Positions 19,322-30,709 of a DNA stretch of 64,000 bases are shown piece after piece (within the stretch, counting starts at the first letter, position 1; each line of letters begins with the position of its first letter). Origin of the DNA: Halarcobacter sp. GTDB lineage: Bacteria > Campylobacterota > Campylobacteria > Campylobacterales > Arcobacteraceae. A model generated the notes under the pieces. The model searched no databases, had not been told where the DNA came from, and saw only the letters and a program-made list of their open reading frames with translations. Location of the stretch: positions 1,760,001 to 1,824,000 of the forward strand of contig OY781089.1 in assembly GCA_963676565.1 (NCBI GenBank), written 5' to 3'. The translations under genes and the position numbers were made by a program.

Positions 19322-21809
19322 TTAAACTCTTATTTGTTTTATAAGGTTTAAACATAATTAATAATCTTGGTAATAAGAAAAGTGCTGATAAAAGAATTGT
19401 TGCCATTACAATTACTGTTAACAATCCAAAATATATAGTTGGAATAAGATTTGATAAAACTAAAATTGAAAAACCAACAATTACAACAAGTGAAGTATAA
19501 ACCATTGCGTATCCAATAGATTCATGGGCTCTTTTCATTGAATTTACATAATTGTGGTCTTTTTTAAACTCTTCATGGAATCTATGAATATAGTGAATTG
19601 TGTCATCCACTCCTATTCCAATAGAAATAGCAGCAATTGTAATAGTCATAATATCTAAAGGGATTGAAAGCCAACCCATTATTCCAAAGATTATAGATAT
19701 CGGTACAATGTTTGCTAAAATAGCAATAGATGCAATTACTAATGATCTAAATAAAATAAAGAACATAATAAATAAAATAATAACTACAAAACCAATTGTT
19801 TTAATTTGAGAATCAAAAAGTGATTGAAGCATGTTGTTATATAAAATCATAAGATTTGACAATCTAAACTCAACTGTGCTGTTATCAATAATATTAGGTA
19901 GATCTTTATTTATCTTTTTGATTAATTCATCACGTCTTAAATTAGGATTTGAATCAATTATTCTTGTACTAATTCTTGCTTCATTATTTTCAATATTAAT
20001 ATATGGATTTAAAATAATATCCTTATATTCTTCTGGTAATTCTTTATATAATAAAGCTAGGGTAAAACCATCTAAATCTTTACCTTCATTTAGAACTTTC
20101 CCTGTTTTTAAAAGTGTTGCTAGAGATGAAACTTTTCCAATTTGAGGATTCTTATCTAGATAATCATGAACTTTTGTAATAACATCCATTTTATCTTGAG
20201 TAAACCAGTATTTTTCATCATTTGCTGATTGGGCAAATTCTGCTTCAAAATCACCAAACCCATCATCAGCATTGGTAGTTTCTTTTTGTTGTTTTTCTTT
20301 CTTATTTGCATCAAATTTGATAATTACATCTAAAGGTGTAGTTCCACCTAATTTATTATCAATAACTTCCATACCTTTGTATATTTCTGTAGTTTTCTTA
20401 AAATAATTAATAAAACTATTTTCAACTTTTAGTTTCATAGCACCACTAATAGAAAATGCTAAAACTAAAATTGAAGCAATAATAATACTCCCACCTTGTT
20501 TCTCAACTGTATTTGAAATAAAACTCATATAAGTTGATTTATTACTACCTTTATCTTCTATTTTTATTTTCTTCATTAATATTAATAAAGCTGGGAATAC
20601 AAGAAATGATATTAATAGTGAGATAGCAATACCTGTACTCATCATCCAACCTAGATTTTTAACAGGTTGAATACCAGATAATACAAGAGAGCCAAAACCT
20701 GCTATTGTAGTAATAATTGCAAAAAATGATGGGTTGAATTTTGATAAAATAGTATTTATAACTAATTTATATTGGCTAGAGTTTTTATATTTAAAACTAA
20801 GTTCTCTATATCTTACAATTAGGTGTAAAACTATTGAGATTGTAATAATCAATTGTAAGGCAATAAAATTTGACGATATTACTGTAACTTCCCAGCCAAA
20901 TAAACCTAAAGTTCCTGTTGTTGAAATTACAGATAATGTACATATGATTAAAGGTAATAAAACCCATATAAATTGTCTAAAGATTATCCAAAGAATAATT
21001 GTTAATAAAACTACTAAGGTTGAGCCATAAATATATAAATCATTTTTAACAAAGCCGATGATGTCATCAGCTATCATACCTACACCACCTAGAAATAGTT
21101 TATCTTCATTGTTGTATTTTTTTAAAATAGTTCTGATTTCTTCAATATATAAGTGGTTTTGTTCCCTTTGAAAATCTCTATATTTTTTAAATTCAATACT
21201 AACTTTTTCTAATTGATTTAAGTCCTCTTTAGATGCTATATTTTCTCTTTTTTTTGTTAGAAGGGCATTTCTTTTTTCTAATAGTTCAAAATATTTAGTA
21301 TCGCTTTTAAGATTTAGAACAACAGCAGTTGTAGTAAAATCAGAACTTACAAGTGAATCTTTATAAAGCTCAGATTCTAAAAACTCTTTTTTTACCAAAT
21401 TTTTATCAAAATCACTATTTTCAATTGTTCTTACGCCATCTACAAGCTTTCTTAATTCTTGAACAGGAGATTGTAATAATGGAACATTTAAAATCGATGT
21501 GATGTTATCTACATTTTGAATCTGTTTTAAGTCTTTAGTTAGACTTTTTAAAGTTTCAATACTTTCATTTGATAATAAATCATTTTTAGGTTTATATGTT
21601 ACAACTAGGTAATCAGGGGTATAGTATCTTTTTGTAACTTCTCTAGAAAATTTTAAATCTTTATCATCATCAAGAAGAAGTGTTTCTGATGAAGCATCTA
21701 TTTGAAGTTTTGTTGAGTAAAAGCCTAAGAAACAAACACCAATTAAAACTAAAATTAAAATTTTTAATGGGTGTTTGATAATGTAAGTATCATAAAACTT
21801 TTTTATCAT
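19314..21809 (-). CDS. MMPL/RND family transporter
   Basis: Two periplasmic domains each followed by a TM bundle; GIGVDDTIH motif. Confidence 0.9.
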   Translation of the reverse strand: MIKKFYDTYIIKHPLKILILVLIGVCFLGFYSTKLQIDASSETLLLDDDKDLKFSREVTKRYYTPDYLVVTYKPKNDLLSNESIETLKSLTKDLKQIQNVDNITSILNVPLLQSPVQELRKLVDGVRTIENSDFDKNLVKKEFLESELYKDSLVSSDFTTTAVVLNLKSDTKYFELLEKRNALLTKKRENIASKEDLNQLEKVSIEFKKYRDFQREQNHLYIEEIRTILKKYNNEDKLFLGGVGMIADDIIGFVKNDLYIYGSTLVVLLTIILWIIFRQFIWVLLPLIICTLSVISTTGTLGLFGWEVTVISSNFIALQLIITISIVLHLIVRYRELSFKYKNSSQYKLVINTILSKFNPSFFAIITTIAGFGSLVLSGIQPVKNLGWMMSTGIAISLLISFLVFPALLILMKKIKIEDKGSNKSTYMSFISNTVEKQGGSIIIASILVLAFSISGAMKLKVENSFINYFKKTTEIYKGMEVIDNKLGGTTPLDVIIKFDANKKEKQQKETTNADDGFGDFEAEFAQSANDEKYWFTQDKMDVITKVHDYLDKNPQIGKVSSLATLLKTGKVLNEGKDLDGFTLALLYKELPEEYKDIILNPYINIENNEARISTRIIDSNPNLRRDELIKKINKDLPNIIDNSTVEFRLSNLMILYNNMLQSLFDSQIKTIGFVVIILFIMFFILFRSLVIASIAILANIVPISIIFGIMGWLSIPLDIMTITIAAISIGIGVDDTIHYIHRFHEEFKKDHNYVNSMKRAHESIGYAMVYTSLVVIVGFSILVLSNLIPTIYFGLLTVIVMATILLSALFLLPRLLIMFKPYKTNKSLNV

Positions 21810-22390
21810 TTATTTGAATTGTTTTTATCTTTTAAAAAACTTAGTAATTCTTCAAAGGTTTTATCCTTTAAGAAGCCAGAAAATTGCTTTCTATATGTTT
21901 GAATTATACTAACTCCTAATAAATCAACATCATAAATAAGCCAACTATCTTTACTTTTTTCATAAAATTTGTAATTTATTTGATATTTTTCTTCTTTACC
22001 AACTAATTGAGTTCTTAAAATAATTCTATTTGCTTTAGGTTGTTCTTTACCTAAAATTTCTACTAATTCATCTGTGTATAAATCAAGTTTTTCAACATAT
22101 GAGTTTTTTAATTTTTCAGTAAATGTTTTAACAAAATCCTCTTTTTTCTCTTTTGAAAGAAGATTCCATTCTTTACCTAATGATAATCTTGACATTAATT
22201 CATAATCAAATATCGGATCCATTAAATTTATAATCTCTTCAGATTTTTTTTCTTTTGGCATATTTGAGTCTTTTAATATCATTAAAACTTTATCAATAGT
22301 ATTTCCCATTTGAGCATCAATATTATCTTTTTTAAAGTTTGCATATGTAAAGTTTAAAACTAAAAGTAATGAAAATAAAATTTTATACAT
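21806..22390 (-). CDS. mlaC: MlaC/Ttg2D phospholipid-binding protein
   Basis: FDYELMSRLSLG..W, WLIYDV...GVSIIQTYRKQF. Confidence 0.88.
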   Translation of the reverse strand: MYKILFSLLLVLNFTYANFKKDNIDAQMGNTIDKVLMILKDSNMPKEKKSEEIINLMDPIFDYELMSRLSLGKEWNLLSKEKKEDFVKTFTEKLKNSYVEKLDLYTDELVEILGKEQPKANRIILRTQLVGKEEKYQINYKFYEKSKDSWLIYDVDLLGVSIIQTYRKQFSGFLKDKTFEELLSFLKDKNNSNK

Positions 22391-22393
22391 CTA

Positions 22394-23236
22394 TTATTCC
22401 TTAATTTGCTTTTCTCTATTTTGATTGTAAACATCTCTTAAAAATGGGTATAAATCTATTGCATCTTTTTTTAGGTTTTCATATTGTCCTAACATTAATG
22501 ATGTACTATTTATAACATCTACACTTTTAATTGCAAAAGTTTGACCCATATTTTCTGGAATTTTGTATTTTAAATCTCCTGAACTGTTAAGTGGACTAAC
22601 ATATCCATCTGCAACTAATCCAAAAATGTCTCTAACATTTGATGGACCATAAATTGGAAGAACTATATGAGTTCCACCTCCAAAACCATAATATGCTAAG
22701 GTTTGACCGAAGTCCTCATCCCTCTTGTTTAAATTGTAATCTTTTGCAACATCCATAAAACCTAATACACCAACAGTAGAATTTATTAAAAATCTTCCTG
22801 TCTCTTCTGCTGCATAATCAAATTTGAATTGTAAAATATTATTTATTAATCGTATAGGAAATGTGATATTTTCAAAAAAGTTTGAAATTCCAACTCTTGC
22901 AGTTTCAGGAACTACATTTGCATAAGCTCTTGCCGTTGGGTCCAATAGATTAGTATATAATTTATCGTTAAAAGTTGTCATTAATCTGTTGTAAGATTCA
23001 AAAGGATCAGAAATCTCTTTTTCTTCTTTAAATTCAGAAAGGAAATCTTCTTTGTCATTTGAAGTATTTTGTTCTTGAACTTTTACAAATTTATCTTTAC
23101 TAAAATAAACGTAAGTAACCCTTTGGTCCTCAGGTACTGCTTCAAACTTCAAGTCAGAAGTAACTCTATAATGGTTTGTTACACTACATGCGTTAAATGT
23201 AACAATTATAAATAAGAAAATAATAAAACTCTTCAT
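22394..23236 (-). CDS. mlaA: VacJ/MlaA lipoprotein
   Basis: Lipobox FNAC; DPFESYNR, RFLINST.G..G, EDFGQTL, VLP.YGPSNVRD. Confidence 0.92.
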   Translation of the reverse strand: MKSFIIFLFIIVTFNACSVTNHYRVTSDLKFEAVPEDQRVTYVYFSKDKFVKVQEQNTSNDKEDFLSEFKEEKEISDPFESYNRLMTTFNDKLYTNLLDPTARAYANVVPETARVGISNFFENITFPIRLINNILQFKFDYAAEETGRFLINSTVGVLGFMDVAKDYNLNKRDEDFGQTLAYYGFGGGTHIVLPIYGPSNVRDIFGLVADGYVSPLNSSGDLKYKIPENMGQTFAIKSVDVINSTSLMLGQYENLKKDAIDLYPFLRDVYNQNREKQIKE

Positions 23237-23370
23237 TTGTTTATGGCCTTGCGTGTGTATTATTGTGTGCGAATTAAGATAATAACTAAAAAAAATAAAA
23301 AAATAGCTTAAAATTTTTATGTGAATTTTAATAATAATTTATTGATTTATTCTACTTTTAATTACAATCT

Positions 23371-23379
23371 TGTTATAAT
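23371..23379 (+). promoter_or_regulatory. Extended -10 promoter of yebC
   Basis: TGTTATAAT about 32 nt before the ATG; GGAG RBS. Confidence 0.6.
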
Positions 23380-23411
23380 CCCGAAATTTTAGAAATTATT
23401 GGAGATTTTTA

Positions 23412-24122
23412 ATGGGTAGAGCCTTTGAATATAGAAAAGCAGCTAAGATGAAAAGATGGGGAGCAATGTCGAGAGTATTCCCTAAACTTGCAAAAGCAAT
23501 TGAAATTGCAGCAAAAGCAGGTGGTGGTGATCCAGAGATGAACTCAGCACTTAGAACTGCTATATTAAATGCAAAAGCTGAAAATATGCCAAAAACAAAT
23601 ATTGATGCAGCTATTAAAAGAGCTACAGGAAAAGATGCAGCAAACTATACTGATGTGAATTTTGAAGGTAAAGGTCCTCATGGTGTTTTAGTTTTCGTTG
23701 AGACTGCAACTGATAATAATACTAGAACTGTGGCAAATGTAAAAATGCATTTTAATAAAAATGGTGGTCAAGTAGTACCAACTGGTTCTTTAGAGTTTTT
23801 CTTTGATAGAAAAGCAATTTTTGAATTTAATAAACCAGAAAATATGGATTTAGAAGAGTTAGAGTTAGAATTAATTGATGCAGGTCTTGAAGAGATTGAA
23901 GAGGAAGATGGAGTTGTTTTAGTTACAGCTGAATATACTGATTTTGGAGCATTAAACAAAGCATTTGAAGATATGGGTATTGAGCTTACAAAAGCTGAGT
24001 TAAAAAGAATTCCAAATAATCCACAAGAATTTACAGAAGAACAACAAGAAGAGATTGGGAAACTTTTAGAAAAGCTTGAAGATGACGATGACGTTCAAGC
24101 TGTTTATACTAACATAGCATAA
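23412..24122 (+). CDS. yebC: YebC/PmpR family protein
   Basis: [12 protein letters not shown]-like [28 protein letters not shown]. Confidence 0.93.
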   Translation: MGRAFEYRKAAKMKRWGAMSRVFPKLAKAIEIAAKAGGGDPEMNSALRTAILNAKAENMPKTNIDAAIKRATGKDAANYTDVNFEGKGPHGVLVFVETATDNNTRTVANVKMHFNKNGGQVVPTGSLEFFFDRKAIFEFNKPENMDLEELELELIDAGLEEIEEEDGVVLVTAEYTDFGALNKAFEDMGIELTKAELKRIPNNPQEFTEEQQEEIGKLLEKLEDDDDVQAVYTNIA

Positions 24123-24148
24123 AAAAGATAGAGTTTTCTCTATCTTTT
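24123..24148. terminator. Bidirectional terminator
   Basis: AAAAGATAGAG-TTTT-CTCTATCTTTT between convergent genes. Confidence 0.75.
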
Positions 24149-24962
24149 AATTTATTTTTTCCCCTAAAATATTTTTATTTAAATTTATATCTTTTCTTTC
24201 TATTGGTTTTTTATTCATTTCAATTTTAGCAATGGCATTTTTTATATTATTTATTCTTGTTTTTGAACTTGGGTGTGTTGATAAAAACTCTATATTCTCT
24301 TTTTTACCTTTACTCATATTTTGCCAAAAATTTAAAGCTTCATGAACATTATATCCTGCTTCATGCATAAGATATATTCCTATTTCATCTGCTTCATTCT
24401 CTTGCATCCTTCCATACGGTAATAAAACCCCATATTGAGCACCTAAGCCATATGCAATATTAAAAGATTGTGATAGATGAGGAGCTTTAGAACCAATTAT
24501 TATATTTCCTACTAATTGTACTCCTTGTGCAACCATTCCTGTACTCATCCTCTCTGCTCCATGTCTTGCTAAAGCATGAGCAATCTCATGGGACATAACA
24601 GTTGCTAATTGATCGTCATTTTTAGCAACTTCTAATATTCCAGTATAAACAACAACTTTTCCTCCAGGTAAACAAAATGCATTTTTTGCATCATTTTTAA
24701 CTAAGTTAAATTCCCAATTATAATCACTTCTATCAATTATATTAGCAATTCTTTGTCCAATTCTTTTAACTCTTCTTGAATCTATTGTATTAGTAATTAC
24801 TTCTGATTTTTTTAATGTTTCTTTATAAGATTGTTCACCTAAAGCTAATTCTTGAGATTGTGACAATAAAATCATTTGATTTCTTTTTGTATAAGGTGTT
24901 TTACTAGTACACCCTGAAATAAGAATTAATATAGTAATTAGTATAAATAAACTTCTTTTCAT
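24147..24962 (-). CDS. M48 family Zn metallopeptidase lipoprotein
   Basis: Lipobox ISGC; NAFCLPGG; HEIAH; ENEAD; LSTHPS. Confidence 0.92.
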   Translation of the reverse strand: MKRSLFILITILILISGCTSKTPYTKRNQMILLSQSQELALGEQSYKETLKKSEVITNTIDSRRVKRIGQRIANIIDRSDYNWEFNLVKNDAKNAFCLPGGKVVVYTGILEVAKNDDQLATVMSHEIAHALARHGAERMSTGMVAQGVQLVGNIIIGSKAPHLSQSFNIAYGLGAQYGVLLPYGRMQENEADEIGIYLMHEAGYNVHEALNFWQNMSKGKKENIEFLSTHPSSKTRINNIKNAIAKIEMNKKPIERKDINLNKNILGEKIN

Positions 24963-24964
24963 TA

Positions 24965-25753
24965 TTATCCTTTAGTTATTTTAAAATCTGTCATCTCTCC
25001 AACAATATCACCAAATAAGACTACATCTTTTAATATAGCCATACTACAAAAACCTTCATTGTTTAGTGATAAAAATAGTTCACCTTTTTCACTTCCAAAG
25101 ATTTTTTGATTTATGTAAACAATAAGTTTTTTCTCTTTTTCTTTTTTCATTGTTTTATTTATTTGATTAGTTTTATTTTTTGAAGGGATTAATAAATCAA
25201 TTTTTCCATCTTTTTTATTAGCCCCTATGGCACTAAAGGTATAATTTTTTTCATATTTGAATTCTATTAGTTCATTTAAATTGAAAAATAGTGACAATAA
25301 ATCATTTTTTGTAAAGAATTTTAGTTCTTCTGTATATTCATTGTAAAAAGGTTCTTCTTGAAATTTTAGTTCATTATTAACACTTTTTTTGATACCTTCA
25401 TTTATAGTTTTAACTACAATTTTTTTATTCTCATAATCAAATGTATACTCTTTTATTCTTGATTTATAATTGCTTTTTTTAATTTTAATAAACTTTTTAG
25501 GGATAAATCTATTATTAATAAATCTACCTGTACTTTTATATATTTCAGTTCTATTATTAGTCAAAATTTTTGCCATACCTATAGTTTGAGCTTCAATTTT
25601 AATCTCATACTCATCTTTATTGTAAGTTAATTTTGCATTTGCAATACCCAAATCTAAAAATGAACCATAAGTTATTGAGTAGTTTGCTTCAATTGTTTTG
25701 GCAAAAAGTATGCTATTGGTAAATATTAATAATAAAGTAATAAATCTTTTCAT
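24965..25753 (-). CDS. Secreted protein, DUF3108-like
   Basis: Signal peptide, beta-rich sequence, NDLLSLFF motif. Confidence 0.55.
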   Translation of the reverse strand: MKRFITLLLIFTNSILFAKTIEANYSITYGSFLDLGIANAKLTYNKDEYEIKIEAQTIGMAKILTNNRTEIYKSTGRFINNRFIPKKFIKIKKSNYKSRIKEYTFDYENKKIVVKTINEGIKKSVNNELKFQEEPFYNEYTEELKFFTKNDLLSLFFNLNELIEFKYEKNYTFSAIGANKKDGKIDLLIPSKNKTNQINKTMKKEKEKKLIVYINQKIFGSEKGELFLSLNNEGFCSMAILKDVVLFGDIVGEMTDFKITKG

Positions 25754-25791
25754 AACAAATTATATCACAGGCTTTGTAGAAAAAATGTGAA

Positions 25792-26235
25792 TTATCTTTT
25801 TTTTATCACATAAACTCCCTCAAAATCTAAACAAAGTTTTCCATCTTCTATAATTTCTCCTTTAATTCTCAAAGATGAACTATTCTTTTCTTTCATTTTC
25901 TTTTCAAAAAGTTTTATTTGCTCTTTTGAAGGTAAGTATGTTTTACATTCAAAATCTTTTGTAATGGGTGCTTTATATGATATATTACTTTTTATTATTG
26001 CAATCATGCTATTTTCCAAATCTAATTTAGAAGCTTCTAAATAACATACACACCAAGCAGAAATAGTGACAATTGTATTTAAACTTCCAGCAAAACCTGT
26101 ACCTTTGTCATTAATATTTGGTTCTAAAGGAGCTTTTGTAATTAAGCTATCATCATTTAATTCTTCAAGTGTTAATTGCATATATTTTGTCATAGGTATT
26201 TCATTGTGAAGTTTTTCTTCAAGTTTTTTTAACAT
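25792..26235 (-). CDS. YiiD-type hotdog-fold thioesterase domain protein
   Basis: LHNEIPMTKYM, APLEPNINDKGTGFAGSL, ISYKAPI. Confidence 0.85.
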   Translation of the reverse strand: MLKKLEEKLHNEIPMTKYMQLTLEELNDDSLITKAPLEPNINDKGTGFAGSLNTIVTISAWCVCYLEASKLDLENSMIAIIKSNISYKAPITKDFECKTYLPSKEQIKLFEKKMKEKNSSSLRIKGEIIEDGKLCLDFEGVYVIKKR

Positions 26236-26553
26236 TTTAATCTCCTGATTATTTTATTATACAAAAATATATATAGTAAGATATGTACAATCTAAATTTT
26301 CATTGTACTAAAATTGTACAATCAAATTTAAAAAATCATCATAAAAGATTTAAACTTAAAAACAAAGATTAGATTTTGTTTTTAATTAATAGCAATTGTA
26401 TGTACTTATAGTAATAATGAGTAGAAATTGTATTACTTTTAGTAACTTTTATTTTAATTGTAAAAAATTGTATCCGCATTTACAAAAATTGTACATTCAA
26501 GCAAATAAACATTATGCTATACTAGTGCTACAAAATTACTAGGAGAAATCTAT

Positions 26554-29130
26554 ATGAGTTTATTAGCTACTTATAAAGCACATACACAAGAGAGATTAAA
26601 TGAGGGTGGATTACCACCACTAGCTTTAACTGCAGAAGAAACGGCAGAGCTAGTTGAATTATTAAAAGCAGATACTGTTGAGGAAGCAGATTACTGTTTA
26701 GAATTATTCAAAAATAAAATTAATCCAGGTGTTGATGATGCAGCATATGTAAAAGCTGCATTTTTAAATGATATTGTACAAGGAAATGTAACATGTTCAG
26801 TAATTTCAAAAGCTGAAGCAGTTGAGATTCTTGGAACTATGATGGGTGGATTTAATGTTACTCCATTAATCGAAGCTCTAAAAGTTGAAGAGGTTGCAGA
26901 AATTGCAGCTACACAATTAAAAAACACTATCTTAGTATACGATGCATTCAATGATGTAAAAGATTTAATGGATGCTGGAAATGAAAAAGCAAAAGAAGTA
27001 ATTGAATCATGGGCAAACGCTGAGTGGTTCACAAATAAACCAGCTTTAGAAGAAGAAATCAAATTAACTGTTTACAAAATTCCTGGTGAAACAAATACAG
27101 ATGATTTATCTCCTGCAACTGTTGCCTTTACAAGACCAGATATTCCATTACATGCAACTGCAATGTTACAATCTAGAATGGAAAATCCACTAGAAACTAT
27201 GGAAGAATTAAGAGCTAAAGGTAACCCATTAGCATACGTTGGGGACGTTGTTGGTACAGGTTCTTCTAGAAAATCAGGTATTAACTCAGTTCAATGGCAC
27301 ATGGGTAGAGATATTCCAGGTGTTCCAAATAAAAGAACTGGTGGTGTTGTAATTGGTTCTATTATTGCTCCAATTTTCTTCAATACTGCAGAAGATTCAG
27401 GATGTTTACCAATTGAAGCTCCAGTTGATGAATTAGAAACTGGTGATGAAATTATTGTAAAACCATATGCTGGACAAATCCTTAAAAATGGTGAAGTAGT
27501 ATCTGAGTTTAAATTAGCTCCAAATACAATGACTGATGAGATGAGAGCAGGGGGAAGAATCCCTTTAATTATTGGTAAAGGTTTAACTGCAAAAGCTAGA
27601 GAGACTTTAGGTTTAGGTGCATCTGATATGTTCATTACACCTGAGCAACCAGCAGATTCAGGTAAAGGATTCTCTCAAGCACAAAAAATGGTTGGACGTG
27701 CTTGTGGTATGGAAGGTGTTAGACCAGGTATGTATGTTGAGCCAATCGCAACAACTGTTGGATCACAAGATACAACTGGACCTATGACAAGAGATGAGAT
27801 TAAAGAGCTTGCAGCACTTAGCTTTGGTGCTGATATGGTTATGCAATCATTTTGTCACACAGCTGCTTACCCAAAACCAGCAGATATTAAATTAAGACAC
27901 ACTTTACCAGATTTCATCAACTCAAGAGGTGGTGTTACACTTAAGCCAGGTGATGGTGTTATTCACTCATGGTTAAATAGATTATGTTTACCAGATACAG
28001 TTGGAACTGGTGGAGATTCTCACACAAGATTCCCAATTGGTATCTCTTTTCCAGCTGGTTCTGGTCTTATTGCATTCGCAGGTGTTACTGGTATGATGCC
28101 ATTAACTATGCCAGAATCTGTATTAGTTAAATTTAAAGGTGAAATGCAACCAGGAATTACTTTAAGAGATTTAGTTAACGCTATTCCATATCAAGCAATT
28201 CAAGATGGTTTATTAACTGTTCCTAAGAAAAATAAAAAGAATGTTTTTGCTGGTACAATTATTGAAATCCAAGGTTTACCAGATTTAAAAGTTGAGCAAG
28301 CATTTGAGTTATCTGATGCAGCAGCAGAAAGATCAGCAGCAGCTTGTTCTGTTCAATTAAACAAAGAACCAATTATTGAATACTTATCTTCAAATATCGC
28401 TTTAATTGAAAAAATGATTGAAGAGGGTTATGAAGATGCTAGAACTCTTCAAAGAAGAGCTGACAAAATGAAAGAATGGTTAGCAAATCCAGAATTAATT
28501 GAGCCAGATGCAGATGCTGAATATAAAGCAGTAATAGAAATTGACTTAAATACAATTACTGAACCAATCTTAGCTTGTCCAAACGATCCAGATGATGTTG
28601 CTACAATTTCTGAAATTTTAGCTGATGATTCTAGACCTAAGAAAATAGAAGAGGTATTTGTTGGTTCTTGTATGACTAACATTGGTCTTTTCAGAGCTTT
28701 AGGTGAAGTTCTTAAAGGTGAGGGTGAAGTTCCTGCTAAATTATGGGTTGCTCCTCCAACAAAAATGGATGAAGCACAATTAACTGAAGAGGGTTATTAT
28801 GCAATTTTTGCAGCAGCTGGTGCAAGATTAGAAATCCCTGGATGTTCTTTATGTATGGGTAACCAAGCACAAGTGAGTGAAGGATCAGTTGTATTCTCTA
28901 CTTCTACAAGAAACTTTGATAATAGACTTGGTAAAAACTCTAAAGTATATTTAGGTTCTGCTGAAATGGCTGCAGTATCTGCATTACTAGGAAGACTTCC
29001 AACTGTTGAAGAATATATGGAAATTGTACCTAAGAAAATTACAGCTGAAAACAAAGATGGTGTTTACAAATACTTAAACTTCCATCAAGTTTCAACTGAT
29101 CACTTAACTACATTAGTTACTTCAAGATAA
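26554..29130 (+). CDS. acnB: Aconitate hydratase B
   Basis: [65 protein letters not shown]. Confidence 0.98.
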   Translation: MSLLATYKAHTQERLNEGGLPPLALTAEETAELVELLKADTVEEADYCLELFKNKINPGVDDAAYVKAAFLNDIVQGNVTCSVISKAEAVEILGTMMGGFNVTPLIEALKVEEVAEIAATQLKNTILVYDAFNDVKDLMDAGNEKAKEVIESWANAEWFTNKPALEEEIKLTVYKIPGETNTDDLSPATVAFTRPDIPLHATAMLQSRMENPLETMEELRAKGNPLAYVGDVVGTGSSRKSGINSVQWHMGRDIPGVPNKRTGGVVIGSIIAPIFFNTAEDSGCLPIEAPVDELETGDEIIVKPYAGQILKNGEVVSEFKLAPNTMTDEMRAGGRIPLIIGKGLTAKARETLGLGASDMFITPEQPADSGKGFSQAQKMVGRACGMEGVRPGMYVEPIATTVGSQDTTGPMTRDEIKELAALSFGADMVMQSFCHTAAYPKPADIKLRHTLPDFINSRGGVTLKPGDGVIHSWLNRLCLPDTVGTGGDSHTRFPIGISFPAGSGLIAFAGVTGMMPLTMPESVLVKFKGEMQPGITLRDLVNAIPYQAIQDGLLTVPKKNKKNVFAGTIIEIQGLPDLKVEQAFELSDAAAERSAAACSVQLNKEPIIEYLSSNIALIEKMIEEGYEDARTLQRRADKMKEWLANPELIEPDADAEYKAVIEIDLNTITEPILACPNDPDDVATISEILADDSRPKKIEEVFVGSCMTNIGLFRALGEVLKGEGEVPAKLWVAPPTKMDEAQLTEEGYYAIFAAAGARLEIPGCSLCMGNQAQVSEGSVVFSTSTRNFDNRLGKNSKVYLGSAEMAAVSALLGRLPTVEEYMEIVPKKITAENKDGVYKYLNFHQVSTDHLTTLVTSR

Positions 29131-29133
29131 TGA

Positions 29134-29158
29134 AAACTCAAGCTTTAAGCTTGAGTTT
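29134..29158 (+). terminator. Hairpin after acnB
   Basis: AAACTCAAGCTT-T-AAGCTTGAGTTT; only a short U-tract. Confidence 0.6.
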
Positions 29159-29160
29159 CC

Positions 29161-29172
29161 ATGAATATTCAT
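29161..29172. promoter_or_regulatory. Candidate TetR operator, copy 1
   Basis: Perfect palindrome ATGAATATTCAT about 22 nt upstream of a TATAAT box preceding tetR. Confidence 0.7.
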
Positions 29173-29235
29173 TTACTATTTATCTTTTTAATAATATAAT
29201 TTGAAAGTTTAGTAAGTTCCTCAAAAGGATTAATT

Positions 29236-29826
29236 GTGTCTGCAAAAGAAGAAAAAAAGAATAATATTATAGAAAACTCTTTGAAGCTTTTTTCAAAAAA
29301 TGGTTTTTATAATACAACAATCCCAGATATTGCAAAAGCTATGAAAATGAGTGTTGGTAATATGTATAACTACTTCAAGTCAAAAGAAGAGTTAGCTAAA
29401 TATGCCATAAAATACTCAACTAATGTATTAGCAATAGAGTTAAGAGAGATAAATCAAATGGATATCTCTTCAAAAGATAAAATCTTTGAGTTTACAAAGA
29501 AATATCTTGAAAATGTAAAAGAATCTCCAGAAGTGATTGAATATTTCTTAAGGGTTTATCTATCAAATAGAGAAGTTTTTGGTGATGGATGTGAAGGTTT
29601 TCTTTGTGTTAGTGATTTTGTTACTGAAGTTATGATTTTACTTGATGAAGGTGCTGCTAAGAAGGAGTTTAGACAACAAAATTTCTTCCCTGCATTTGGT
29701 ATGATCATGGGAGCATTAGGTGGATTTGCTTTTCTTACAGGTGAAAAGGTTTTAGATAAAGATGTAATGGATTACGCAGATGAAGTTGCAGAAAATATCT
29801 ATAGAGCTTTAAAGTATGAAGACTAA
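29236..29826 (+). CDS. TetR/AcrR family regulator
   Basis: LFSKNGFYNTTIPDIAKAMKMSVGNMYNYFKSKEEL helix-turn-helix; overlaps the hydrogenase small-subunit start. Confidence 0.95.
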   Translation: MSAKEEKKNNIIENSLKLFSKNGFYNTTIPDIAKAMKMSVGNMYNYFKSKEELAKYAIKYSTNVLAIELREINQMDISSKDKIFEFTKKYLENVKESPEVIEYFLRVYLSNREVFGDGCEGFLCVSDFVTEVMILLDEGAAKKEFRQQNFFPAFGMIMGALGGFAFLTGEKVLDKDVMDYADEVAENIYRALKYED

Positions 29827-30709
29827 TAACAAACCTAAAGTTTTATGGTTTCAAGCAGTAACTTGCAATGGAAATACCCATTCACTTTTAAGTGCTAACG
29901 AAAATAGGTTAGCACTTTTTTTTAAATCTTTTGATTTGATTTTTCATCCCTCTTTAAGTGTAGATGTATCATTAAAAGAAATTGTAAATTCAAATGAGCA
30001 GATTGACTTTTTATTAGTTGAGGGTGCAATAAGTAAAGATGAAAAATTTTTTACTATTTCAGATTCTACTACTTATGATTTATTCAATAAGCTTATCAAA
30101 AAAAGCAAGTATGTTGTTGCTGTTGGCTCATGTGCTTCTTATGGTGGTTTACATCAAAAATTTGAGCATAATGATTCAATAAAAGGTCTTCAAGATTCCC
30201 TTGAAACTGAAAATCTATATATTTTAAAACATCCAATTGTAAACATTACAGGATGTCCAGTTCATCCTGAATGGATATTTCAAACACTATTTGCATTAAA
30301 ACATAATGGGAAAATTGCCTTAGATGAATTAGGTCGTCCAAAAGAGTTATATTATGGTTTGGCCCATCATGGATGCACTAGGAATGAATATTTTGAATGG
30401 AAAGTTGAGGGTTCATTTGGGGCGAAAGAGGGATGTTTATTTTACGAGCAAGGGTGTCGAGGACCTATGACACACTCAAATTGTAATAAAGTATTGTGGA
30501 ATGATGTTAGCACTAAAACAAGAGCAGGAATGCCTTGTATTGGCTGTACAGAATTTGATTTCCCTCGGGATAATATGTTTGAGACTAAAAAAAATATTGG
30601 TATCCCAGATGAAGTACCACTTGGAATAAATAAAAGAGCTTATCTATCAATAACTGGTATTGCAAAAACTTTCAAGATAGAAAGACTTCATAAAAAGTTA
30701 ATTGACTAA
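29816..30709 (+). CDS. Cytoplasmic [NiFe]-hydrogenase small subunit (group 2d-like)
   Basis: No Tat peptide or TM tail; TCNGN, GSCASYGG, GCPVHP, HHGCTR, GCLF, GCRGP, CN, PCIGC. Confidence 0.9.
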   Translation: MKTNNKPKVLWFQAVTCNGNTHSLLSANENRLALFFKSFDLIFHPSLSVDVSLKEIVNSNEQIDFLLVEGAISKDEKFFTISDSTTYDLFNKLIKKSKYVVAVGSCASYGGLHQKFEHNDSIKGLQDSLETENLYILKHPIVNITGCPVHPEWIFQTLFALKHNGKIALDELGRPKELYYGLAHHGCTRNEYFEWKVEGSFGAKEGCLFYEQGCRGPMTHSNCNKVLWNDVSTKTRAGMPCIGCTEFDFPRDNMFETKKNIGIPDEVPLGINKRAYLSITGIAKTFKIERLHKKLID

